Below are positions 24,837-37,044 of a stretch of 64,000 bases of DNA, piece after piece (position 1 is the first letter of the stretch; each line of letters starts with the position of its first letter). Made by a program: the position numbers and the translations under genes. Below the pieces are notes generated by a model. That model worked only from the letters and a program-made list of their open reading frames with translations. It made no database searches and was not told the DNA's origin. The DNA is taken from NCBI GenBank assembly GCA_907165135.1, contig OU015567.1, forward strand, positions 13,330,001 to 13,394,000. The letters run 5' to 3'. Origin of the DNA: Oikopleura dioica (taxonomy: Eukaryota; Animalia; Chordata).

Positions 24837-27800
24837 TTAGATGCCCTTCACGGATCCGGAGTACAAGTTGTTCGCGACCATAGAAATTTGCTCACAGAGA
24901 GCCTTCCAATCGTCATCGTATTTTGAGTTTCTTATTGAGGAAATTTATGTTTTGTTAAGAAAAAGATTGTCTACCTGTCCGGATGATACAATCGCGTCGC
25001 TTTTGTAAGGCAGTCCTTGATGTTTTCGGCGGTTCCTGTAACTTTGGGCATCTGAGAATGTTAACCAAGGTAATTTTTACGAGTACTTACTGTGCCTCTC
25101 TTCGGAGGGTGATTTCTAGCCAAGTAATTGAGGAATTTCGCTGGGGGCTTGCTGCTGAAGTCCTCTTTTTTGAATCTCTCAATAACTTCGGCACCCTTTT
25201 TGGATGGCTTGAATGTAACTCCAAAATGAGTCATCTCCGCGCTAAAATATTTTTAAAACGATAATAAAGATTGTTAAAGTCTTACGCGACTTTAGCGAGA
25301 TATTCTCTAGCTCTCTTCAACCAGTAGAATTCCTTGGTGTAGCCATTTTCGAGAGCCAGACGCATGCACTCCTTGTAGTACTCCTTGGCTTTGATTTTAG
25401 CGTGCGGTCGCTCATCAAATTCGACGTAGACGTACGCCATCTCAGCGGCAATAACGCATCTTGCTTTCTGGTCGATGTCGATAGTCTGGTCATATCCTCT
25501 TTTCTGAAAGAATAATTAGAATGGTGATATTAGTTAAAATTGTACCATTAGGTCCAACGCGTCAATAACACCTGCTTGACGTCTTCTATTTTTGATGGCT
25601 CTGCTCATCAGTTCCCTTGCTTGGTATAAGTTTTGGAGGCCTGCTGTTCGAGAGAGGTTGTCTTCAAGCTCCAAGAGCATTTCGTTGAGCTCATCCTTCT
25701 TTTCCTCCGATAGAACCTCTTTGTTGACATCTACAAATTCATGGAGACTTGAAAGTGAAATGTGCCTTACGTGGTAAGAGAGACTCGATTTCCTTGAGAA
25801 ATAACATCTCCAGCCTCGTTTTGTCCTGAAACCAAGTTCGTACGTTCTCGATGTTTTCATACGGCGTCGCACGAATTTCTCGAAGGTAATCCTTGTACTT
25901 CAGCCCTTCGTAGTTGAGCTGCTCACAGACTTCCATCAAGCTCACTGCCTTCACTTGAAGATGATTTGGGAGAAGAAGCAATCCTGCGGACAAATAGGGT
26001 AGGGCAATTTCTTTGAAGCTAAAGTCGTAGTCGGATCTGGAAATTTCCTTTATTTGTTCGAGGGCATTAATGCAAACAGCAATTTTCTTGTCATTTTCCT
26101 TTTCAAGGTCCGTTTCTTTAAACATTTCAGTCAGGCATGTCTTGCAATGAATTCTTACCGATAGAATCTGCAAAATCGCAACTCAATGCTCCGTATCTAA
26201 CCGCCTCGACAAAATTGACCATAGCTTGCTCGTAGCTAGAAACAGCGCCCTTCTCGAGCTTGAGTTTGGTGAACATAGCTTCAACGTCATGGGCGGCATC
26301 GCAAGGAAGATTCTCTTCTTTCGCCAAATTGTAGTACAGCTCTCCAAGCCGATTGTAGCAGTTGCTGAGCGACTTTGAGATGGAGATTTTTTCGATAATG
26401 CCTGGCCGAGATCGGAGAAATTCGACGGTCTGAAGTTAACTCACACTTTTTTCTACTTGCTATCAAAGTTACCTTGTATGCATTTGTGAAATGTCGAATA
26501 GCCGATTTTAGGAAGTCGATTTTCTTCGCAAATTGAGCCGCATTCATGAAGTGAATGAATGAAGTTTTGCCACTTTCCCGGTTTATCTTGGCGACATTGA
26601 TCGTCTTCGTGTCGTTCATCTTGGGCCGCTTGGTGCTTTCTCTTTTCAATGGTTTTATTTTGTGACTTGTTTCCCCTCACACCCGAATTTTAACAGGTTC
26701 GCTTCTGCAGAGCAAATTTGCCAAACTGAATCGTTCAAATAATAAAGTCTCAGATATGTTTTCCCTTTTTTGCCCACGTCTTTCATTCAACCATTCCTTA
26801 TCGGTTCAGCCTTTCTTTTCAATGTATTTTTATTTTTACAGTCAGCCTCCTATAAGATTCATCATTAGTCAAGGAATAGGAACTTATTATTACCCCTTCC
26901 TGCTCTTCGGTGCTGTTTTCATTTTCCTGGCTCGGGCTTTTGTTTCCGGTCATGATTGAGCCAGAAGATTGACCGTCGGAGACGTTGATAATCTTCCCTT
27001 TGCTCTGTCCAATAGGTTCGAATTTGCCATCCGCACCTTTAACAGCATGTATAGTTTGTCCAGTGCTGTTGTCGTAAAGAAGGAACACTTCAGGCAGTTG
27101 ATCTCCGGTTTTGGCTTTTGGCTCATCTTGTGGTGATGCTGGTGACGGCGGCGATGGAGGTCTTGTTTCGGGTTCTGGCTCAGATGATATCGGTGATTGT
27201 GGAAGTGGTGATGATGGTGGCGGTGTCCTTGGCTCCGATGAAGGTTGATCATTTTGTCGAGCAGAAGGAGTTTTTATCACGTTGGTCGCCGTACTCATGT
27301 CCAGGTACTTTTCATAAGAGCCAGGTGTGTAGGAGTAGATCAGCTTGACCTCGTTGCCTATCGGTATCTTCGTCCGGAACTGTCTGCCACCAGGGAAAAG
27401 GGAGTAATCAGTCGGTTCAAAAATCTTGAAAGCTATAACGAAAAACGAACTTGGCTCCTTACCTTCAAATACTGGCAGTGTTCTGGGGAGCTGTCATCGT
27501 TGATTTGAATGAATGATTTAGGGTTGAGAAGGATTCGTTCCAAGATCTGCTTTGAAATTCGAACGTTAGTAGCCCACGGCGACTACAGTGTTTTTGTTGG
27601 AAAATTCATATAACCAGCATAAAATTACCTGATGTTCTGGAGTTGGCGGCATCGATTCAGGCTCCTCCTTCACCACGACCTCTTCTTTGACGTAGACTTC
27701 CTTGTATAATAATTTTTATTAAAACTAACAAAAGTATGGTTTCATTACTTCTTCACTTTCTTCTTCAGAGCTGTTCTCATCTTTCTCGATTATTTTTTGA

Positions 27801-27996
27801 AGACCCTCAATTCGTCGTGCAACCTTGTCCGTTTTTCTGAATCGTTGCGCTGTTTTTAGGTACTCCATCGCTTCGTACAACCGTTTTTCTCTGGCAGCCG
27901 TCTTTGCTTTCGCTAAAACAAGCCATCCTGACAAGAAACATTATTGAACTCACCCATAAATTGATCATATAGATTATCTTTGCTGTCTTCATTCAT
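24837..27996 (-). CDS. Helical-repeat (TPR-like) protein with Pro-rich linker and C-terminal J-like HPD domain
   Basis: Exons chain in frame from MNEDSK (27996) through AKTAAREKRLYEAMEYLKTA, KSLSNCYNRLGELYYNLAK, to KDCLTKATRLYHPDRNSKYDDDWKALCEQISMVANNLY. Could be two genes. Confidence 0.55.
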
Positions 27997-28437
27997 GACT
28001 GCAAGTGCAGTTGAAAATCAGTTGATTTTCCTACCGTTGATGATTTCAGATTATCAAATCTGGTTCTAGAAGCGTATTTTTCTCTATTTTTTTACAATGA
28101 TGAGTTCTGATGGGTGAGTTCCTGTCACAAGATGTTCTTGTTTTCAAACTTTTCTTGAAAGATCAGTCGAAAGGTGAGTCAACGAGATACACTCATGATT
28201 TTTCGATTTCTTCTTCTCAAGCTCTCTGTTTTTTTTCGAATGCAGAAAAAATGAAAGAAAACTTTGGAAACAGCGCTGCAATGCTATTTATAGAACGAAG
28301 AAGTGGGTCGTTTTTGGAAGGTGAGAAATTATCAAAAAAGCGTTTTGAAAATCAACTTGATCGAGAATGCGCAGGAGATCAAATGACCAAAACGAATTCA
28401 CGATTGAAATTTATTGTGACCGAATGAGTTGACTTTA

Positions 28438-31400
28438 TCAAAAACTGATGGATTTATCGATCTTCGTAGTGCTTTGAACGCTCGTTGCTTCGAATATGTA
28501 TTCCTACGTTTTAATTCTTTCGTTGAAAATATTTCAATAAAGTTACCTTCACCTCCCGAAAGTACCAAATTAGCATGTCTCCAACACGAAAAGCAGAAAT
28601 AAACAGCGAGAAAGAAAGAACCAGAGCTGGTATTCCAAGAAAAAGCAGCGATACTGTTTCATATCTCTCAAGCTGTGAGTTTGAGAAGTCAAACACAACA
28701 GGTTCGCTGTCTAAAATATATTTGTTATAACTTATAAGCTGGTTAATTGCAATCATTGCTTGATAATTTACCTATGGAATACTTGGTCATGCTTTCGCTG
28801 AGCTTGTCTCTGCTTTTTGCGAGATGGTCGATCGCATTTTCGTTGTCCATGTCCTGCAGAAATTCTAATAAGACAAGTGAATCGCCTGTTTTTTATTGCA
28901 TTCGAGATGCATCTGATTGGAGCGTTATTTTCACATTCAATTTTACATAGGACAAACAATGATCAAGAAGCCTTTGTATTATAAATGTGTTCATGTGCAT
29001 TTGTCAGAAAAATTATTAATGAGCGGCTCTTAGATGGTTCAGTTTTATAATTTTGGGGAGGTCGTTGGAAGGGTTCTATCTTGACACAAAGATGGTTAAA
29101 AATGGAATTTAAAAACCCTTGTCCTGAGTTTGCTCGGGAAATTTAAATCTACTGCCAAAAGTGGAAGAGAGAAGAGTTGACCGGCGAGTGACTGTACTTG
29201 CGCGGGGACCAAGGTAGTTTGAATCAGTGCCGGAGTCCGTAATTTGCTCAAACTCGGCTCCGTTCATGCATTGACCACAGAATTTCGCGATAATGCATGC
29301 GGCAAAGACGATTACTTTTTGAGAGTTCTTTATTGATTGAAATCAACAATGAGTACCGAATTGACCATCGTCAGCTATACGAAAACTCTTTCAAGAAACA
29401 TCATTACCTGCCACATATCAGTAGTAAATTTAGCTAAAAAATGCTTTCTGCTCCGTGTGAATTTACACAGAAATACCTTCTTTGATATTAACGACTTCTT
29501 GCGTACTCAACCGACAGGTAATATTCTGAAGTCGTTTTTATGAAAAGTTTTCAACGATAAGAAAGTACCAGAAACGCGCATTTTCCCATTTCATTTTCTA
29601 TTCTCTGCGAAAAGGCGTTTGTCTGATTTGAATTTTCATTACTCTGACTGTCGATTGAAGTATATTTAGGGATTCATTTGCCCCAAAGACGACATGGATC
29701 TGACGGTGAACTGCATTCGAGAGTGATTATAAACAAACGCACATAAGATACGGTTAATTAGCATTTATTACATAAAGTCAGTAGAGTATATTTTCCGACA
29801 GCTTCGTCCCTGATCCGTTCATTTTAATTTATGAAAATGGTTTTTTTTACTTACAGATAATCGATCCCAAGTGTAGTACCAAAAGTCCTGCCAGAAAGAA
29901 TTGTTATCGTTTGCTCGTCGCCGCAGGAGCAGCTTTGATGGTAGAAACGATCACATGCATCGAATTGGCTCAAAATTTTTAAAAAGCAACTGTCAGATTC
30001 TTCGCGCAAGTGGCAGAGGCTGAAGTTCATAGAGTTTCCGATGGTCTTTCGATAGGGGTACTTTCACAACAGCTAATAGCCGATAGAGATTTGAGGACTA
30101 TATAAAACGCCTGAAAATAATTGCCCGACTCCTTGTATGGTTCACTAAGAGCACAAACATCAAAGCACGCCACATGAAGAAAGTCTGTTGAAGCAGATAA
30201 AAGGAACCTGTTTGACACGATACTTTCCTCTGATACAACACATTCTAACAAAAATAAAGATTCTCAATTCAAAGTATGAATATCTACCAATATTTCCACC
30301 ATTTTCCGATGTTCTGAGAGCTTTTTCCCGAATTCTTTTTGCTAGAATCTCCGCTTCCGCAGCTGTAATTGGAGCAAAATTGTGCTCTGTCATGTGGTTG
30401 GTAAGAATTGCCTTGAAAATAGTATATTTGGTGAGTTGAAAATAACTAACTTCTGCGTCATCTTCAAAGGAGCCCGTAAAAGGCAAAATATAGCCATTTG
30501 AGTGATGCAGAGGATCTAAGTCGCTCGGTAGGTCAGATGTTTCTTCCTTGTCAAGTTTTTTCTCGCAGTCACAAACTAAAGTTTCTGGCTCGACCGTTCT
30601 GACATTGAAGATCTTTTCCACTGTCGGGAAGTCATCGGTCGACAGCTTAATTAGAAGACTGATTAGTCTGACTGATGAGCCTATTCAACGATTTATTTTT
30701 GAACTTGACTCACTGTAAGCGTGTATTTTCCGTCAGGAGCAGAAGCGAACGCGATCAAAAATGTATCAACGACAACTCCACCGATCATTTGGTTTCCCTG
30801 GTAGTAGTCGCTTTCCAATAATTGTGGATCAAGATCTTCGAATTCCGAAGGCTCGGGAGCGAATTCCCAGCTTTCTCGGATTTTCAAAATATTGTAAGAG
30901 TTTTTAATAAAACTTGAATTAAAGAAGACCTTCCTTAGAGTATGATGCTCGTTGTTGAATTCGATAGGAAGCTTCATCTTCAAGATTTTGTCTTCCCCAG
31001 GAGATCTAGTCACAAATTCCATTATCACTTCCGTCTTGTGCGCTGCCATTTGGTGAGATTCTAGTTCGGCAAGATGTGGCTCCACTGGAGGAACTTTCGG
31101 AATTCGTCTGTAGTCGAGATCGATGGGCTCGTAATCCATTTTGTAGTCATAACTCGCTGATGATAGTCTCGAATCATATCTTTTATAGGCAACGCTTAGT
31201 GTTGTTATTCCTACAAAACTATTTCCTGTATTGTCTGAGTAATCGTCCGGATTGTAATACTCATCTGATGCTTCATAATTACCATGGAATGCCTTATAGA
31301 TGCTATTTCAGATATCGATAGATCTATTTATATTTTCAGGAGAATGTAACATATAATATAGATGTATATGATTAGGTACTTGTGTAGAATATTTATCAAA

Positions 31401-31866
31401 AAAGAACCTCTTGAGTCTCAAAAAAGGATGAAAACATCACAATAACACGCCTGGGAATTCTGATAATCACGCCATTCAATTTCAGGCTCGATAATTCTCT
31501 CCTGAAGTTGCCGAGGTCTTCTGGAGGCATCGTCTAGCGACTCAAACTCGTCATGTTTGGAATTCGGGACGTTGATTGTTTCATCAAAGAGACCTTCAGA
31601 GGGGTCCATGTACATCATGTCAGGGAGGTCGTCATAAACAAAAATAGTGCTAAAGAAGAAAGAAAAAAAGAATCTATATTCTTTCGTCAAGTGGCTTACC
31701 TCGAGTCGCTTCCGGGTAAATCGCCGTAATCTTTGTCTGTGTCGTAGCTAGGGCTCATCCCGGGAAGATCCTCCCAGCCATAGTTAGATTCGATTTCCTT
31801 GCGGATCTTCTCCGTTAATCTCTGCCTAGCTTCTCCAAGAGAAAGGAGCCAGAAATTCAGCTTCAT
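28438..31866 (-). CDS. Orphan type I membrane protein (signal peptide, acidic D/Y-rich N-terminus, Cys-containing ectodomain, C-terminal TM)
   Basis: MKLNFWLLSLGEA start; ORFs 31418, 30693, 30160, 30027 and 28511 link via short introns; TM VSLLFLGIPALVLSFSLFISAF near the end. Middle exons only partly traced. Confidence 0.5.
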
Positions 31867-32693
31867 TTCTCTCTCTCTCTCAAAATTGCAATTGATTACT
31901 TTAACACTGGTTAAGCATGAAGCAGTAAAAAAGATTCTCGTGACAGACGGATTTCAAACTTTGACATTTTAATCTTCGGCCAGCATCTCTTAACCTCCTC
32001 TCTTGAGCTCCTCAAGTTCGCCAGCGAAGTAAAAGTCAGAAAAGTCCAAGTCTGAGCGTTATAAATTATCTTTGTTTACCGAATCAGAAGAAAGATGGGC
32101 CTTGGGAGAAGGTGTGTGGATCCAACTCTCCTCCGGAAGTTCCACCTGCTGGTTTGAATAGAAGTAACTCAATTCAACACTCGTGCAATAATGGAACATC
32201 TTCTTTTTGTCATTCAGATGCCGTGGCGAATCTGAACTCGAACGCAAATACAGTGAGAAGATGGAATGACATAAGAAGGATATAGCGCGGATGGCTCAAG
32301 CGGAGATAATTCCTGATTTCCTCTCAGCGAGATCGTCTTTTCTCTAGCCTAATTTGCGGCGCATATTGACCGGATGCCAATTTCCGGTGTGAGACATAAG
32401 CGCAAAAATCATTCAAAAATCAGTAAATCACAACCTTCAACAAAATGCTTCCGTGGCAGATGATTGCTGATGCTTTGCATAAAAACAACGAAGAGTTGAA
32501 ACTTTGTCAGTTTTATTTGTCAATGGTTGTTCTAAGGGCACATTTAGGAAAAGAAGTCAGAAAATGTACAGAGGTTTAAACTTTCAGTTTTGGCAGCTTC
32601 GCAGCGGTTTTCGTTTTGTTTCGTATTTTCTATTGAAGAATTGTTGCTGGTTCTTTTACATATTTACAGGTGTTTTCTTTTGCTCGGCATTTT

Positions 32694-32972
32694 TCATGCT
32701 CCAATTTTGAGACTCAGGGATTTGAGATTTTTTCTACCACAAAACTTCGATTTGGCGGTGAATTTTGACGGCAAGCAGAGCGTGATTTTAGGAGCAACTG
32801 GTTCGGGTTGGAAACCATGTCGGAGCATACAGGCTTTGATGGCTCGTCGCAGTCTTCGTTTTTTCTCTTTGGCTTCGGGAGACAGCTGAGTTGATGAGGT
32901 TTTTTCAGTTGTCTGCGAGACAGCGGGGAAGTTGAATTGGGAGGTGGTGTTGACGGATTCGGTGGCGTTCAT
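32694..32972 (-). CDS. Small basic orphan protein (92 aa)
   Basis: AAAATG start; KEKKRRLRRAIKAC basic patch; TATA box and GC-rich region upstream. Confidence 0.35.
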   Translation of the reverse strand: MNATESVNTTSQFNFPAVSQTTEKTSSTQLSPEAKEKKRRLRRAIKACMLRHGFQPEPVAPKITLCLPSKFTAKSKFCGRKNLKSLSLKIGA

Positions 32973-33039
32973 TTTGACTCTGGTTCTGTAGCGGAACAGA
33001 AGGTAAAATCTAACTGTATAAATGGAAGAAAGTTGAATG

Positions 33040-33350
33040 CACTCTGTCCTCAGCGCGGCGATTATATAGTCGGGCGCGTTTACGCGGGATGGCGTCAGAG
33101 AGCCGCGGCGGAGCATGACAGCGCGGCGTTGTCCCAAGCGCGCAGCCAGGGAGTGATTGCTATCTGAGGCAGGGTGCCTCATCTGGCAGCAGCGGCGGAT
33201 CGGGTAGTTCAAAGCGGCTGCGGTGATTAATATGATGAGGTCGAAAGGTGTCCTCGTTTAGCGTTACTGACCTGGTGTAATTTGGCGATCGATCACCTGT
33301 TATGTTTAATTTTCGGCCGGTTAGTTTTGTTTGTGGCGTCCTGGGCAAAT
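33040..33350 (-). promoter_or_regulatory. GC-rich promoter with TATA box
   Basis: TATATAA on the minus strand at 33062-33068, about 90 nt upstream of ATG 32972, preceded by a CpG-rich stretch. Confidence 0.4.
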
Positions 33351-34299
33351 AGCTTCAAAAGGTTTCCTGGTTGGAGTTGATGATGATATGGGTTGTGAAA
33401 TGATCATCCATCAATTTTAAATAATGACTTCTATAGAAAAGCTCTGTCGTTTGCCCTTTGAACTTCTGTAATCGCTCAAAAACAAGGACAAATGGGTGTT
33501 TTGATGACTAGAATTCTAAATTGTCCTTGAGACGATCACCAAGGCCGGCATGTCTTTTCTTATTCACGAAATTGTTCAGGTAAAGCACTCGAATCAGTTT
33601 GCAGAATGGTCTTTCAGATGAATCAGACGGCTTAATTGAGCATTTCTTCCGACAAAAGAGCTATTATTTGGCCCAATTTGAGTCATTTTATTGAACTTTT
33701 GACAAATTACGATGGTTAAGATTTTAAATAGAACTTGACCAAAGAAAAAGACAAAAGGGATAACAGTTCGATTGAGCCATTCTCAATTTCTCACAAATGT
33801 GTAATGATATAGTTCGATGAAAAATTTGCCGAGGTCAAATATTAGTAGTGCACTCGTGACGAAATGTGCCCTACCGACGAAATTACGCACACCAAAAGTA
33901 CACGGAAAAATCATGTGGGTTTTCACGCGGAAATTGCTCAGCTCGTACTCGAGTGTTTGAGCCACTCATCCCCGTTTTCTTTACCCTTGGTAATGCATTA
34001 CTAGTTCAGCCGGGAGCAAGATGTCGGTGATTCACCAAAACCTAGAATGAGGACTCCTCATTGAGGAGCATGAATGTTTCGCTGAATAGGCTTTTTATTA
34101 AACTGAACCATTATTTATTCTTTCATTCTTATTTTGAATAAGTTATTTATTCTTCCTCTTAGCATATACTCAACCATATGCTTTGCGTCTATGTTCGGAC
34201 ATACGGCGGTATAGGATGACGTAAAATACGCGAATTTGACGAAACACACGTTCCTTTGTATTTTTTCCACTTATTCATTTATTATGAGAAGATCTGACC

Positions 34300-36617
34300 A
34301 TGAAAGGAAACGAGACGTACCGAATTCTTGTTCCGTTTTTGGAAAGTCCGATTCGTAAACGATTGTATAAACGACGAGACTGACATTTAGGGGCGGCAAT
34401 TCAAATAAGCATCTTCTGTAAACCTCGTGATGGCGAAAATCCCATATTGATTATTCTAGGACGGCTAGAAGACGATGAGAATAGCTGGGAAGAAAATTTC
34501 CTTGTATGAGTAAAACTAGGATCTTCAGATTTTCCAGTTGTTCTTCAAAAATTTAGTGTTCTCTGGAAAAGCTGTTAGATTTTATGATGCTGAACTTTTG
34601 TAATTGTGAAATCGTTAGTGTTTCCGGCAGATTTGGTAGCAACGGAACTGCAGTAAACTCTGTATAACAGCATATTTACAGTATACGAGGTGTGAATTAT
34701 TGATTAAAAATAAAATATATATTCGCTGAATCATCAAATGGCGCACTTGGAAGATCAAAAAACGAGCTCGTTTGAGAATCTATGCATTTCTCAACTTATT
34801 ACCCTAATTGACCGGCTTTGACGCAAATTTTTATATAGAACTGAATAAGGCTTTGACCGTCAAAGTTTGACGTGAATTTAAGCTGTTGAATTTTGAACAA
34901 GCTGGAGTCTGGTGAGGATGCTTGAGGAAGTCTTGAGATGGCGCTTGATAGGTTTTGAATTGGCTCAGATTAGATAATGCGGACTAGTGCGGAGATAGAG
35001 CAATGAGGATCGGGCCGAGTATTCCCCCGTCTATAGCGTGGATCTACAAGGATTTGCCGTACTTTCCCTGTAATAGACAGCTCGTATCTTCCAGAGAAAA
35101 GCAGGGTGCGCAGGTAAGTTGCTATTGAGAATTTGAAACGCTCATATGATGATTATTCTCGGTCAATTGGAGGATGAGCTCATTGACGAATATAGCTACC
35201 GCCAAAGGCGAGAAATTAGCATTATTGACCTCAATGGCTTGGGGATTTCCGTATATTGCCACTTGTATGATAATTTTGAGCATTTTAATGATCCGTTTCG
35301 TGAAAATACTGGCCTCTATTTTCTTTTTGCTATCTTTCGCATGAAATTCTTGAGATAGCTTTAGCTTTTCTCATAAAAGCGTTTTTACGGTAGCGGGATA
35401 TTTACAGTACGATTTTCACGGGCTACTTATCGCTAATGCTAAAAAGGCAGAAGATCAAATGTCCATGAGAATTTGTCGGATTTCCATAATCGAAAATCGC
35501 CAATTTTCAGCCTTGATGAGCTCAGCTCGTGTAACTAAAAAATATGTTCAGAAGGTGGCCAAGCATAACGAGTACTGGCCGATAAGAAAACGCGATTATT
35601 GAGAATGGGTTAGAAAAATTTGCGATTCTAATCGATCCTATTGACTCGGCGTCTGGGTCGTTGATTTTCGTGGCGCAAGAATCGAGGTCAATTATATTTG
35701 GCAATTTTGTTGTCTTGAAATTGAGGTTGATAACCCCAGCGAGCGACCAGAAAATACAAAAATCGAGGACAGCCAGCTTCCAGAACGCAGGAGAATGTGA
35801 ACTGCAGTTAAGCCGGATCATCTACCGCCTAAAAGCTTTTGCCAATTACCCGCTAATTGCTCTTACTTCGGGAAAAAATGATTCTAATAAGAAGAGACTG
35901 AGGATTCTCCTTTCAAGATATAACTTGTTTAGGTGCAATTAAGGTCCTAATGATTCCAAAACATGGATTAAATATTGGTCCGATTCTCAATGAGAATATT
36001 TCTTGCTTTATAAGATAATTTTACATGCTGATTCACTCTAATAATGGTGTTATATTTATTTTACGAATAGTGATAAGGCTTTTAGAATAATTTTCACAAG
36101 AGAATCGATGTCTATCACTATTCGTTATACATACAATTATGTACAATATAGAGATGTCTATTTAGAGATAAAAAATGACAAGAGCTTATTCATCTTTTCC
36201 AACAACAACTGCTCTAGCTTGATGAGTAAAAGATGAGATTTCGTTTCTTAAATTTACGATAAATAAAATGAATAAATTAAATTTTAGATGGACCTATCAC
36301 TTATTCGCTTTATAAGGAAAGCTGTTGTCCCGCGTCAGAATTTTATGAAAGCTGTAAAAGCGGCAATTGTCGTTGAGAACCTGGTCTATTGTCCTGGTGG
36401 TTAGTTACTAATAAAAAATGCATTAACCGATGATTATTTTATTGTTTGATGATGATCCTTCTGAGAGGTCTTGGATCAGCTTGCATTGTGCTCGATTTTG
36501 GCGACGAAGGATTTCAATAAGCGAGAAGAGCGCAAGTCAAAAATTGAAAAGACGAAAAGGCGACTTATTCAGGGATCAGACACGCGACGATTCAAGGGCG
36601 AGGAAGTCTACGTCTGA
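34300..36617 (+). CDS. Possible divergent multi-exon gene(s), unresolved
   Basis: Exon-like segments with plausible splice sites: MKGNETYRILVPF (34300), IFCKPRDGENPILIILGRLEDD, MRIGPSIPP...QGAQ followed by gtaag (35003-35113), and VLDQLALC...GEEVYV-stop (36617). No family recognised. Confidence 0.25.
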
Positions 36618-36722
36618 CTACGAAGCTGAGTCAGAATAAATTCAATTCTGCGCTTCTTGTGAATAAAACTGTCTTGAAAATAAAGTCTCCTAAAAACAAC
36701 CAACAAAGAGTAGAAGGGGGCT

Positions 36723-36807
36723 GTCTCGAATCGACAAAAATTTTGTCAAAAATCAGATTACAGCAAAAAATGTCGCAAAAAATTCAACATTTTTGTCGTT
36801 TTGAGAC
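36723..36807. repeat. Short inverted repeat, 18-bp arms
   Basis: GTCTCGAATCGACAAAAA (36723-36740) vs TTTTTGTCGTTTTGAGAC (36790-36807), 16/18 complementary. Confidence 0.55.
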
Positions 36808-37044
36808 AAAAAAAAATAAATGTTGCCATATCTTGTAAAAATGAGAATAATGAAGGGAATCAAGAATTCAACCGTTTTACGAGCGTTATTTTCGACTCGA
36901 GAATCCGACTTTTTCGAGATTTTGATACAAAAGTCGCGCCGAGCTCAGTCTCGATCGTTGATTGGTTCCTGCGCTCGAGAATTTCATCTTTTCGATTTCT
37001 TCTTTATCGCTCCGATTTCATTCCTTTGTCCATAATCTGAAAAA

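Noticed and set aside
33960-33990. ACTCATCCC resembling the start of the O. dioica SL exon
   Set aside because: Similarity ends after 9 nt; no donor or Sm site follows.
35100-35122. ACTTACCTG on the minus strand resembling the U1 5' end
   Set aside because: It is simply the complement of a plus-strand splice donor (CAGGTAAGT); no U1 body follows.
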